This document shows, piece after piece, positions 28,707 through 41,390 of a DNA stretch of 64,000 bases. Position 1 is the stretch's first letter, and the number at the start of each line of letters is the position of its first letter. This DNA is from Amoebidium appalachense (lineage: Eukaryota; Protista; Ichthyosporea). Position numbers and translations under genes: made by a program. Below the pieces are notes generated by a model. The model was not told the origin of the DNA, searched no databases, and saw only the letters and a list, made by a program, of their open reading frames with translations. The stretch covers positions 4,691,264 through 4,755,263 of the forward strand of contig CAVNZM010000006.1 of the NCBI GenBank assembly GCA_963693365.1, given 5' to 3'.

Positions 28707-31700
28707 TCACACTCCTCCTCGGTCTCCTCCCCCCCCCCCCCCCCCCCGTGTGTCTACGTGTATTTGCATCACTCCCCCCCCGGTCCCCTCCCCCACCGAC
28801 TTTTTCACACCACGATTAAACTGAGGAATAACTCTCTTTGGCCTAGAGGGAGCACTAGGCAACTCCCTCTGCACTAATCTAGCCTCATAAGCACGAATAG
28901 AAAACGGGCAATCCAAATGAAACTCAGGCAACCACTGATCTTCCTGATAACCTCCCTCAAAACGAATTAAATAATAATTTACCTTACCTTCCTTACCTTC
29001 GATAACCTTTTTATCCATAATTTTATCTACTGCAGCCTCCGATACATCCACCGACCCGTCATAGTCGGGGGTGAATGCATCTAACACTCGACGGCCCTCC
29101 GGCCGTTTTACCCTAAGGGCCCTATCATAATATTCCTTTATATCATCTACATTATAAAATCTAACATCACTCTCATTATCTAACCTCTGCACCTTATATT
29201 CCGTCGGACCTAACCTAGCCACTATTTTATACGGGCCAATGAAAAGAGGCAACCATTTCTTACCATACTTACGAAGACCTTCACCTTCACCCTTACCTTC
29301 CTGCTCCTGCTTATATCTCTTTTTCCTAGTATGATCCCTAATTAAAACTAAAGTACCCTCGGCAAATTCACGTAACGGACGTGTGGACACGTCTGCACGT
29401 GTCTGTGCCTGCTGTGTACGGGCCAGAGCTGCATCACGTGCAGCCCGGGCCCGGGTTAGTAGCTGCTCCCGGAACTCAGTCCAGTGGGGATAAGTTAGTC
29501 GGTCAGCCCCCCCATCGGCAAAAGTGCCGTATCTAACAAACTAATAGCCTCCTGCCCATAGACCAAATAAAACGGAGAAAAACCAGTCACAGCATGAGGC
29601 CCTGGGGTAGAATTATATGAATGAGCAATAAACCTAGACATATGGTCCCAATCATTAGCCTCCACATCCACCATTTTGCCAAAGGACTTCTGAAACACTG
29701 CATGCACGCGTTCAGAGATGGCATTTGCTTGAGGGTGATATGCAGACGTAGTGATATGAGCTACCCTTCAAATTTTACACACCTCCGACACCAACTGATT
29801 TAAAAACACACGACTCCTATCCGTTAACAAAACACGAGGACAACCAAACCTAAGACAAATTTCATCCACAAAAATACGAGCAAACAACACGGCATTAGCA
29901 GTGGGGAGAGGAAAAACTTCAACCCAACGAGTGGCCACATCGGTGACGGTAACAAGAACAGTGTTACCCTCAACCGTAGAATTAAAAGGACCGACCACAT
30001 CCACTGCTACCCTTTCAAACATACGAACATTAAAAGCCCTAATAAACGACGGGCGGGAACGAGAGTGGGGACTCTCATTCCTTTCCTGACAATGCATGCA
30101 TGACAACACATAATCCCTCACCTCCCTACTCATACCCGGCCAAAAATACGAACGATTAACACGAAGCAACGTCCTATTTACACCTAAATGACCAGCCATG
30201 GGATGCTCATGCACCATATGCAAAACCTCAGGCACAAGTGCCGTCGGGACCCAAACTCGGTGTCCGTCTGGCCCAGAACAATGATAGACTAAATCCTGCT
30301 CTACCTGACACATTTTTGCTAACTTAGCTACCTTAATCATCTGCCTTTTATTTTTAAATTTAATCGAATCAACCGGCCCCTTTAAATAATTCTTAACCAG
30401 ACCAATCAACACATCTTCCTCCTGAGCTAAGATCAAAGCCGTAGGTGCTAAGGCAGGGGCCGAGCCATGAGACTCGGTCCCGACCTCAGACACTGACAAA
30501 TACCTCCCCCCCCCTCCCCTACACTTATAAGCAAGCAACCCCGGAGCCCAAGAAGACAGATCAACAGACACAGCACTGATCTATTCCTTTCTTCTCACTC
30601 TCCCCCCCTTCCCCCCTCCCCCCCCCGTCTCTCACTAGCCCCCCCTCCCCCTCCTTCTCTTCTTCAAACAAAATATAAGCAGCACGAGAGAGAGCATCAC
30701 AGTCAACCATTGTTTCACCCTTGGCATAAAACAATTTATAGGAGAACTCACCGAGAGCCGCGGCCCACTTCTGCATCCTCTCGTTGACCAGACGAGTGGT
30801 GCCGGCCATGGCTAGGCAGGGCTTGTGGTCGGTGTAGACCTCAAACGTCCTGCCTGCGAGTATATACCTCCATGCCTGTGAGACTGCCCAAAAGATAGCA
30901 TTGGGACTCTCTCTCTGGATTGCTATATCTACGTTCACTTTTACTAAATGAACGACTAGCATAAGCAATCACCCTATCCTGCCCCTCCTGCACTTGATAT
31001 AACACGGCCCCCTCAGCAACCTTACTTGCATCACACCGAACTTTAAACATCCCCCCCCGGCCGAAAAATCAGGATGAACAAGCATACTCGAAGACTGCAA
31101 AGCTAACTTAAGCTTTTCGAAAGCAGAAACAGCATCAACATTCCAATCTATTCCGAGTCTATTCTTCTTCTCCCCCCCCCGTCTGACTAATTAACGGCAA
31201 AGCAAGCATACTATAATCCTTAATATAACGACGAAGATAATTAGTTAAACCTAAAAATTGCCTTAGTTGAGTGACAGTCTGAGGACGGGGCCACTCAACT
31301 ATGGCCCGGATTTTCTCCGGATCAGGGGAAAGACCATTACTAGACACAACTTGAATATGACCTAAAAACTTAACCTCCGGCACACCAATCACAGTCTTGC
31401 TACCGCTAATGCGAAGACCAGACTCACCCAAAGCTAAAAATACTTTTTCACAATTATTAACTAACTCCTCAAATGACCTACCTTTAATTAAAACATCATC
31501 CAAATAAGGGTGGCATTACGGTAGTACATCCAAATGAGGGTGGAGAATTTTATACATTACCCGGCACAACATAGCTGGAGAGGAGAGCAAACCCATCGGC
31601 ACCACCTTGTACTGGAACAGCTGGTCACCCAGTGCAAAGGCAGCCTTCTCCTTGCTGCTCTCCTCCAACCTTATCTGCCAAAAAGCTGCTTTTAAATCAA

Positions 31701-33710
31701 GTTTAGCAAAGTGAGTATAGCCGTGCAGCTGTGAAAGCTGCTCGTCTATGTTAGGGAGAGGCCATTGGTCTGCCTTAGTGATCCGATTCAGAGCCCTGTA
31801 ATCGTTCACTAGACGCCAAGACCCGTCGGGCTTCTTAACCAATAGCACCGGACTTCTCCACGGACTCGAACTATGCTCCACATGACCCTTTTTTAACATA
31901 TCACTCACTATTATTAGCGCATCCGACAATTTATACTGCTCCATTCTATAGCTAGGCATCACTACCGGCCTATTATCACCTGTGTCGATCTGCATTTCAA
32001 ACCCTTTAACGAAGCCTACTTCGTTATCATCGGCCAGAAATGCAAACCGAGTCCTATCAAATAACTTAGCTAGCAATTTTTTCTGTTCTACCGTCCAATC
32101 CCCCTCCTTCATACCAAACGGCAATACTAACTCCGGGTTACCCCCATCACAAGTGGATGCATCCTTATTCACCGGAGTGCCACTTAACATTTCACCTCCT
32201 GTATTACATCGGTGCTGCTCGGGGTGAGGTTGAGGTACCTCCGGATATAGGCGGTCACCCTTAGCACCCCCCCTCCCCCCGGCACACCAATGCCCCCGGG
32301 CAATTCCTGATGAGTTAGTGCATGTATGTGGGGGGCCAGGTCTGTGGCCACCCTGCCCCCCACGGTGTTGGTTAACCCGTCAGATCCACGGGTTAGACCA
32401 ACACCCTCCCCCCCTGCCTGCACATTCTCACACCCGGGGTGACCCTCCTTCCTCTTGGGGTTCGGGGGAGTGGGACCGGTGCTGTCCCGGTCCCCCCCCC
32501 CATCGTGTCGGGTGACATTTTGGTGGCTAACGTTAAATAAAGTTGTTCCCCCTCCTCCTGAGTCACCCTTCGAGCCGGCATCCTCCTTTTGGGTAATAAG
32601 AGAGACCTCTATACTACCAATCTCATTAGTGAAACTACCGACGGAAACACCTGACCTAATCACTATAGGCTCGATGCCCGGATTCACTAATTCTATTTCT
32701 ATTGTCTTATCCGGCCATACCCTACTAAGGGTCCATTGGGCCACCTCCTGAAATGGGGTTTTCGGAGTAAAAACCCCTAAATCCCCTATCCTAACATGAT
32801 TGCCGGCCCGGACACGTACCGTTTGGCACTGATAAGGCTCGATTACTACTTCAGCTACCGTTCTAGCACCAGACTGATAACCGTCGAGCCCATCATGGGT
32901 TTTAATTTTAACGCCGGACTGCAATTCTAAAACATTCGTACGTTCAAACAAAGCATTCACATGTCTACGGAAAAATGGGGCTCCCAACAAAACACTTTGA
33001 GCTAAATCCTTAACCACATAACAAGCAATATGCAGAGCCTGGCCACCTATCTCACACGGCAACACACAAACACCTTCCACAGACATACTACTATTATTAG
33101 CACTACCTAAGGCTGTGCTAGAAGCATCTAAAATAGGAATTTCCCCCCCGGCCTGATTAAAACGACGAATAAACGAAGCATGCACACAATTAACCTGAGC
33201 CCCTCCATCGAGCAAAGCAACAGCTTTCAACTTACCATCAGCTAACCATACGTCTATATAATGCCGGCTAAAACCAACTAAATCCTCCTCCAATTCAAGC
33301 AACACATCATCACTCACACCCAATCCCTGCCCACGAAGACTCACACCCTCGATACCTACGTGCAACATACCTACCTGTGGTGCCTGCACGGGTGGGGTGG
33401 GGTGTGTATGTGGTGTGGGTGGTGGTGGAGTGTGTGTGTGTGATGTGTGGGTGGGTGGTGTGTGTGTGTTTGGTGTATGTGTGGGTGTGTGTGTGGGTGT
33501 AGGTGTGTCTGCAACCGTCGTATGTTGTTGTGGTGGTGTGTTTCTACGTGTCTGTGCCTTCCCCCCCTTCCCCCTTTTCTCGTGTGTGTCCCCCCCCTTC
33601 CCGGAAACAATGGCACAGAAACCCCCTCCGGTGTGGTGAGAACAAACACCGGGTTGGGACAAGAAACACTGAGACCATCCACTTGTGGCTGGGGAACCTC
33701 CCCCAACCAC
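28707..33710 (-). pseudogene. pol: Disrupted pol: protease, RT, RNase H, integrase, chromodomain
   Basis: PR ALLDGGAQVNCV; RT SPWRSPVLLVKK, WRLVNDYRALN, LDLKAAFWQI, PYLDD; RNase H CDASK, YTDHKP, DALSR; IN HxHPMAGH..CMHC, VAVDVVGPF, LTD; chromodomain VDKIMDKK..YYLIRFEGGYQEDQWLPEFHLDC. Several frameshifts and an in-frame stop at 31516-31518. Confidence 0.92.
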
Positions 33711-33952
33711 AAAACATTCACACCATTCATACCTTTGGTAGAGTCACCCCACAAACATTCATGCCATACCACCTCGACGCTGTCTTGAGGACCCACGACG
33801 ATGCCCGGCTCCCACACGTATCGGGGCGGTGAGGGGGCAAAGGGAAGCTTAACCTGGGGTGGGGGAGGGTGAAGGTTCTCTGCAACCTGGGGGGGACCGA
33901 TACTGTCCCCCCCCTCTCCCTCAGTGACCCCAGCTTCCCCCTCCCCCGGAAC

Positions 33953-35288
33953 TCAATAGCTCTTGTAACTACGGCAATATGCAGCAGAGTGCCCTTGCCG
34001 GCCACAAAAGTAACATGCACCAAAGAAGGGGCCAGGGGGGACTTCAAAACCTTGGCGCAAAGCATAACCGGGAGCCCGGTCATGCTGGGGGGGCCCACCG
34101 TGTGCACCACGGCCCCCCCTTCCCCCCTGCCCCCCTCGGCCTCTCTCACCACCATTTCCACCCCTCCCTCTACCCTGCCCAGCACCACGAGCAAGATAAG
34201 GGGCAAACCTCTCGGTGAACTGCTGCTGTTGTCCTCCACGTCCACCTCGGCCACGACCGCCGTGTCCACCCCGGTCGCCGCCACGGCCACCCCGGAAGCC
34301 GAAGCCCCCTCGGCCCGAGAAGACGGCCTGGGAGAGCTCGGCAACCTGCTTGACCAACATGGTGAGTGCATCTGGCTGTTCACCCTCTTTTTTCTCTTTT
34401 TCCCCCTTCTGTCCACTCTCCTTCTTTTTCTTGTCTACTTCCATCACCTCCTTTTTATCCCTCTTATTGAACTTCACCTCGTGCATGGCAAGCAAGTGAC
34501 ATTTAACATGCAACACCACCTCATCTACATCATCATGCTCCCCAAACATGCGTGCAGTGTCTGTGTTTACAGAGAGAGCCTTACGAGCAAACTCGAATTT
34601 TTCCCTATCACTCACGTCACCAGCTAACTCGCAAAGGTCTTCAAAGACCCGATATTCTCTCTCAAAGAATGCACGAGCTTCTACGGGGGACAAATCTAAA
34701 GTGGGAAAGGTATACTTCCATTCTCTGAGCTGGGCCCGGAAGGTACGGCGCCGGTCGGCCGTCAGGTATCGGCCGACGAGCCGGGCCGTATACTCGAGCT
34801 CGTTTTCCGGCCGTGTGAAGGCCTCGAGCTCCCCCGTCCACGTCGTCGGTGCTGTTCTCGTCCTCGTCGTCGGGGATGAACCGTGCGGCCAGACGTTTCT
34901 GGCCGAGCGTCCGGGACACCATCTCGTCCCTCCCCTCGTCGTACTGCTGCTCGTATATACGAGCCGTCACCTGGGGGGCCTGCTCGGCCCGGTACGGGTG
35001 CTCCTCCATCAGGGTGCATAAGTCGGCCATTGTTTTGTGGTCGAGGCACTGTTTGATCATTAAGCACGAGGGCGCCACAGTGGGGGCCTTCTTTGTGTCT
35101 AACACTAGTGTGGGTGTGTTAGCTAGGAGTGTCCTAAGCCACCTAGGTATTTCCGAGTCGTGTTTGAGTGTAAAACTGAAAGCTGTGGTCTGTCTAACGT
35201 CTAGTGTATGAACCTGTGGTACCTGTGTGTGCAGGGAGCTATCCTCCGCTGCCAATGCGTAGAACATGTCTACGTTAAACTTAGCCAT
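33953..35288 (-). pseudogene. gag: gag (frameshifted near 34680) with CCHC zinc knuckle
   Basis: ORFs 34662-35288 and 33953-34693; RGG-rich region and CYFCGRQGHSAAYC. Confidence 0.85.
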
Positions 35289-35453
35289 TGTGTGGTGTTC
35301 GGGTGGTTGTGTTTATGTTTTTTTTTTTTTTTTTTGTGTTTATGTTTTTTTTTTTTTTTTTTTTCTGTGTGTATGAGGTGTAGCAACAGCCCAGAAGGAA
35401 CTGTCACCGCGTTACCCTAGCGCGAAAAACCGCACTAAAAGAAAGGTGTAGCT

Positions 35454-35809
35454 TGTCGTATCCTATTATATGTGTACTAGAGACGCGGCACTCTACTAAG
35501 TGTACACACACGAAAAGGAACGAACGTGTACAGAAAAACGGTAAAGTTTATTCAGACCAGGCTCCGACGGGCAAACTTAGATCCGTACGAAATGAGTCTA
35601 AGTTACGACTGAGGCCATCAAGGCCGTGCCCTACAAGATCATCATCACCTGGCCCCCTACGATGCCACATTCCGTACATTCCGATCTAACTTTATCGTGT
35701 GCCTGCACGAGCTAAGTCGATCGGCTCACACTAATATATTTATCTAAGTCTCACCCCTCTCCCTTCCCCTAGTGGCACCGCAGAGTCTAATTCTACATTT
35801 CATACTATC
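35454..35809 (-). repeat. 5' LTR (356 bp)
   Basis: Identical by eye to 27787-28142 and lies upstream of gag. Confidence 0.95.
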
Positions 35810-35840
<31 letters not shown>

Positions 35841-36370
35841 AGACACACACGTACGCGCACACGCAAACACAAACACAGACACACACATTCTCTCTCTTCC
35901 CCCCCCCCCCCCCCCCTTTCTCTCTCTCTCTCTCCCTCTCCCTCCCTCTCTCTCTCTCTCTCTCTCTCACTCACTCTCTCTCTCTCTGTCTCTCTCGCTG
36001 TCTCTCTCTCTCTCTCTTTCTCTCTTATTCTGTATCCCCCCTCTAAAGCTACTCACATATGCGCCCACACAGTATCACACGTGCACACACACACACACAC
36101 ACACTCACACACACACACTCACTCACACACACGCACACACACACACACCACACACAGCCTTAACCAACCGGCATGGTGGTGTTGATCCGGCGGCAGGCAC
36201 GTTCTCCGAAAACAATGCCACTAATTGTTTCCCGGCCAATGCCAGTTGCTGTGCAGGCAGTCAACACTTTATCGTCGTATACGACAGCAATGAGCTTATG
36301 AATGAGGTGGATGTACTTGTGTGTGCGCGCGTTTGTGTGTGTGTGTTTGTGTGTTTTGGGTGGTGGTGGT

Positions 36371-36431
<61 letters not shown>

Positions 36432-36432
36432 A

Positions 36433-36469
<37 letters not shown>

Positions 36470-36874
36470 GGGGTGAGGGGGCAAGAGCCAAGAAGTGGTT
36501 AAGTTGCACGGTGCTCAAGCGCAATGTGATTACGTAACCCATTCTCCTCTTACTCGCTGCTCCCATCATCCCTTTATGAATGTACCCACACACACACACA
36601 CACTCCCCCCCCCCCCCCCCCCCTCTATCTCCCCTCTCCCCCTCTCCCCTGAGGCTCGCCACTCTCTTTTCTCTCTCTCTCCCTCTCTGAGAGCTCCTTC
36701 TCCCCCTCCCCGTTTCCACACACACACACACGCACACACAAACACACTCGGAGGGTCCTTTCCCCCCCCCCCCCCCCCCCCCCCCCCCGCTTTCCTCACA
36801 CACACGCACACAGACACACACACAGACACACACACACACACACAAAATCTGTTTCTCGATTCAATAATTGACAG

Positions 36875-36911
<37 letters not shown>

Positions 36912-36921
36912 ATCCCACCTC

Positions 36922-37122
36922 TCAAAATTTTAATGCAGTTTATGACTTGGCCAATGGGGCCCCCTTCAGCCTCGATGGGTTTTCCATATTTACATATTGC
37001 ACAATACACGATGATGGTCTTGCATTCTTGCATGTTTGCTTTTGCAGTATGTGTGGACCGTATTAATAAATCTCTCATCGTGTGGTTGTTTTTTGTGCTT
37101 GGTACAGTGTTCCGTATTCTAA
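36922..37122 (+). mobile_element. Family A element, old diverged copy
   Basis: atgacttgg..gggcccc..gatggg..tgcattcttgcatgtttgcttttgca..tctcatcgtgt..gtacagtgttccgtattctaa followed by poly-C aligns with 56455-56626. Confidence 0.65.
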
Positions 37123-37269
37123 CCCCCCCCCCCCCCCCCCCCCTCCCCTCATACACACACACACACCCCTCCCCCCCCCCCCCATCCGCGCCCTTCAAAA
37201 AAAAAAAAAAACGTGCAGGCAAAGGACACTTCAACTGTCCGGGGAATTCCTCTCTCTCTCTCTCTGTGT

Positions 37270-37689
37270 GTGTGTATGTGTGTGTGTGTGTGTGGTGGTG
37301 GTGGTGCTGCACGTGGTTGGTGGTTTTGAAGGGGGGAGTGGGGGGAGGGGAGGGAGGGGGGAAGGGGAAGGGGGGAGGGGGGGGGGGGGGGGAGAGCTCG
37401 AGGGGGGGGGAGGGGGGGGGGGGGGGGGGGGGGGGGGGAGAGAGAGAGAGAGAGAGAGAGGGAGGGAGGAAGAGAGAGAGAGAAAGGGAGTGAGTGAGTG
37501 AGTGAGCGTCGGTGTGTGTGTGTGTGTGTGGTGGTGGTGCTGCACGTGGTTGGTGGTTTCGAAGGGGGGGAGGGGAGGGGAGGGGGGAAGGGGGAGGGGG
37601 GGGAGGGGAGGGAGGGGGGAAGGGAAGGGGGGAGGGGGGGAGGGGGAGAGCTCGAGGGGGGGGATGGGGGGGGGGGGGGGGGGGGAGGG

Positions 37690-37725
<36 letters not shown>

Positions 37726-37790
37726 AAGAGAGAGAGAGAAAGGGAGTGAGTGAGTGAGCCTCGGTGTGTGTGTGTGTGTGTGTGAGTCTC
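37270..37790. repeat. Tandem duplication (about 250 bp) of a microsatellite mosaic
   Basis: ggtggtgctgcacgtggttggtggttt...gagagctcgagggg...ggaagagagagagaaagggagtgagtgag occurs twice in succession. Confidence 0.8.
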
Positions 37791-38224
37791 AGAGAGAGAG
37801 AGAGAGAGAGAGAGTGTGTGTGTGTGTGTGTGTGTGTGGGGAGGGAGGGGGGGGAGGGGGGAATATCCACCGTGACAGGGAACCATGGGACAAGTGAAGA
37901 AGAGCCCCAGAGAGAGAAAAAGAGGCAAGGGGGCGAAAACGGAAGGAAAAAAAAACTTAGCTTACACTTATCGATATCGGAGTGTCGATAATTCGTAATG
38001 AGCGAGTGCCCATTCCTCCCTCCCCTCCCCCCGCCCCCCACACACAAAAAAAAAATAAAAATAGTAATAATACTAATAATAAAAAACTAAGGGATATATA
38101 TATATGGGGCACATGTTGTGTTCCGGATTGGCCGGAGGGAGCGGTCAATAAATGCAATGATCCCAACAAAACAAAACTGAATAAGCATACCACCATATAT
38201 ATGCATCCCTTTCACCTGCAATAG

Positions 38225-38259
<35 letters not shown>

Positions 38260-38599
38260 GGATTGATCGGTCCGGAGGGAGCGGCCAACGATAGATTCGA
38301 GTAGCAACCCCCCCCCCCCCCCAAAAAAAAAAAAAAAAAACCCTCGCGCATGTACAGGCCCCTAGGCGCAACGACTCGAACACACGAAGCACACACGTGC
38401 ATGCGTCTGGCCCTGTGACCGCTACGAGTGAAAGCGCATGCATGTACACACACACACACTGCACACTCAAGTAACATATGCATATTCTATAGCGGAAACA
38501 AGCTTAGGCTAAAATGTCGACAACAGGTTACATGATCTGTTGCCGCTTAGTTGCAATCGTGCTGCTTCATTTCTGGCTAACGGTGTGGAGTGTTGGGAC

Positions 38600-38640
<41 letters not shown>

Positions 38641-38921
38641 CCCCCACCAAAAAACACCACTAATCACATTACTAGCCCTTGAAGTTCCCGCGTGCACAAT
38701 GGTGCATGCAGTCACCGTGAGGATTACAACCCTGCTATATACTACCATATATGGAAACATCACTAAAATTTCATACGGGAAGCTCGAGCATCTTTTACGA
38801 AAATAACAGCTGAGGGTGCAAGTGTATTCCCAAGGCATCCGAATGCCAAATCTATCTCCCTCCATTTGCACACACACACAGGTTGCAAGTCATTTCGAGC
38901 GTCAGCTGTGGGTACAATGGG

Positions 38922-38961
<40 letters not shown>

Positions 38962-39052
38962 AACATATAGTCGATGCAAGAGTGTCATTCTTTCGTTCAT
39001 AGTAAACCCAAATCTCCATCAGCCTGAAAAAAATGAGGATCTCTAAAGGAAA

Positions 39053-39093
<41 letters not shown>

Positions 39094-39620
39094 CTTGGCT
39101 GCTATAGCAAAGAACGAGCGCAAACTATTTATAGTTGCAACTATCATTAACGACAGCGAACCGTATCCATGCTCGTTTCCAAAAAAACAAGTGCGTGGTA
39201 TAGTACCGTAACAAGACAAGCACAAGGCACCTACCAAAGTCGTACCATATATAGACTAAATAATAAGTAAGGGTGGCTTCAACACGACCTGGTATACAAG
39301 TTCTCTGCTGGGTGTCATAGGGGCCACCGTGACGAAAGTTTTTCCTCCTCAGCTGACGGCTCTGTGGTAAGTTGACACCGGTCATAACACTACGAAGGAG
39401 CAGGGATTAAGATAACAGAACGTGTCTCACGGAAAATGCTTGTTCACCCAGCAAGGAGGTGTATGTATGTGTAACACATCACACATAAGTGTGCATGCTG
39501 AAACTGCCTGAATATCACCTCCGCTAGCCCCCCCCCCCCCCCCCCCCCCCCCAACCCCCTCCCACACACACTTTTCGGTTTTTTTTTTTTTTGTGTGGTG
39601 GTGGTGGTGGTGGTGGTGGT

Positions 39621-39657
<37 letters not shown>

Positions 39658-40012
39658 AGGGCAAAACAGCCTTCAGGAGAAGTTCTTTCTGTAGTGCAAA
39701 TGTATGCAGATACCTGCAAACCAATCGAGGAGGAAACTCGAGGACAATCCTTTCCCTAAAGGGGGGAAGGGGTGGGGTGCATGGGCGGGTGTGAGTGTGT
39801 GTGTGGTTTTGGGGGGGGGGGGGGGGGGGGGGGGGGGAGGGGGGGGGGGGGAGAGGACAATATATCCAGATACTTCGAATATGCTCACGACTCTGCAAGG
39901 CTAATTCCTTAGGAATGACAAACACATGACTTACAAATGATCACATATGCAAAGTAGTTAGAAATAGGCTGTTGTTGTTGTGGTTGTCTATGGGGATGAT
40001 AGGATCTGCCAC

Positions 40013-41390
40013 TTACACAGATCTGCCATCGACGACGTTGATTCCATAGCTGTGCTGCTCCTCAACCACCACCACATCCTCTTCCTGCTTGTCCTCATGT
40101 TGTTGTTGATGCTGATCAACCTCCGCAAGCGTCGCCATCTCCGTGTTGTGTTCCCCACCGCTCTCCCCCTCCCCCTCCCCTTCCTGCGTCATCTGGTGTT
40201 GTTGCTGTGCCTCCTCATCCGCATAATCCTGGAGCATCGAATTGAAAACCTGTGTTCTCGCACCACCTCGCCCCTTGATCTCCGGCGCGGCATCAGGATG
40301 CTTTATCCTAATGTGCTGAATGAGGGAGTTTTCAGACGCGTACAGACGACCGCAGCCGTTGATGTGGCATTGGTGGTTGCGTGCGAGCTCAACAAAGGTC
40401 CGGCGGTGGCGTTTCTTACGGGCAACCATACGGCCACTGGACATTGCCATGGTGCTGGCGGTGAAATCTGCGAACACCACCAGATGGTGTCAACAAGGTA
40501 ACAGACGCAGAGCAACAACAGCAATAGAAAAAAAAAAAGGATTAGGTAGATCTAGATATGGGGATTTGAGACACCGAGCAGACGTGTCGCTCAGTCATAC
40601 AATCCAGCCCCCCCCCCCCCCCCCCCCGGCCCCCACTCCCCCGATTCAGGAGCCCGAGCACACACACACCACACCAGTTCGTCCCACCGCTACTCCCATT
40701 CTCCCATGCAAGGAACTTCCTATGTGTTGCTTCCAAAAAGATGGTTCGATACACACATGCCTCCCCACGTCCTTGCCAGGCATCCGTGGACACCCAACTC
40801 TCGTTTTTGTTCCAACCCTTCAACACCACAACAAGCATCCCCTATTGAAGCTTTTGCGCCACGAGAGTGCAAGTTCTTGGCGTGACCCAAGCCTTTTCCC
40901 AAGCTAGTCATCAACAAACAGGTTGCTCTAGAAGACTACATTCAAAACTACTCTACCTTGATGCACACCTCAATTTGAATTCTCCACATGTTCACACGTA
41001 AAATTGCAGGGAATCAGACAACCCACCTGCAGCAGAGCTCATGGCAGCAAACCAATCCAGCGACGCAGAAGGGGTTTTGAGCGCATTTGCACCCATGCTG
41101 GACATGAACCCCAAATAGTTCGAAGTCATAGACCCGCGCTTGCTCAAACCAGTCAGGTCATTCTCAGAGAAAACCTGTATAGTGTCCCCCTCGCGCACTA
41201 AAATGATGTCATCCAAGTCTGCTCCTTCAACTTTGAGCTTGAGCTTGTCGTTCAGGCCAAAAGCAGGGGAGAACTTCTCCCTGCACAGTTGGTAAAGCTC
41301 TTCCAAGGAATCTGGACAAATGACCAGCTTGGAATTGAGAACGGTGTCGCCCGAGACATGTTGGAGCTTTATGCGACGCCCCTGCGCCAC
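40013..41390 (-). CDS. KHA-like (ubiquitin/DCX-fold) domain plus single C2H2 zinc-finger protein; 5' end unresolved
   Basis: Exons 41390-41027 (KLVICPDSLEELYQLCREKF...EGADLDDIILVREGDTI) and 40467-40013 (RKKRHRRTF..HQCHINGCGRLYASENSLIQHIRIKH) join in phase 1 across a GT-AG intron. Confidence 0.8.

Larger units (their letters stand above)
27787..35809 (-). mobile_element. Ty3/Gypsy LTR retrotransposon (chromovirus-like), full length, coding region disrupted
   Basis: Two 356-bp direct repeats; domain order gag-PR-RT-RNaseH-IN-chromodomain on the minus strand; polypurine tract next to the 3' LTR. Confidence 0.95.
36160..39500 (-). pseudogene. Heavily decayed Penelope-like RT element fragmented by microsatellites
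   Basis: Unique islands between repeats read in RT order on the minus strand: FGNEHG..IVATINSLR, VQMEGDRFGIRMPWEYTCTLSCYF (motif B-like), YIYIP, RSLRI, GGYS, then GIPRTVEVSF (cf. NITRTIDLAF at 50.3 kb) and tgcaacttaacc (cf. family B). DNA homology to window 60-400. Confidence 0.45.

Noticed and set aside
36910-37122. Minus-strand peptide KNNHTMRDLLIRS..C..CAIC..INC resembling a PLE linker or GIY-YIG start
   Set aside because: The same DNA aligns on the plus strand with the non-coding family A element, so the peptide is probably coincidental; no GIY/YIG motif is present.
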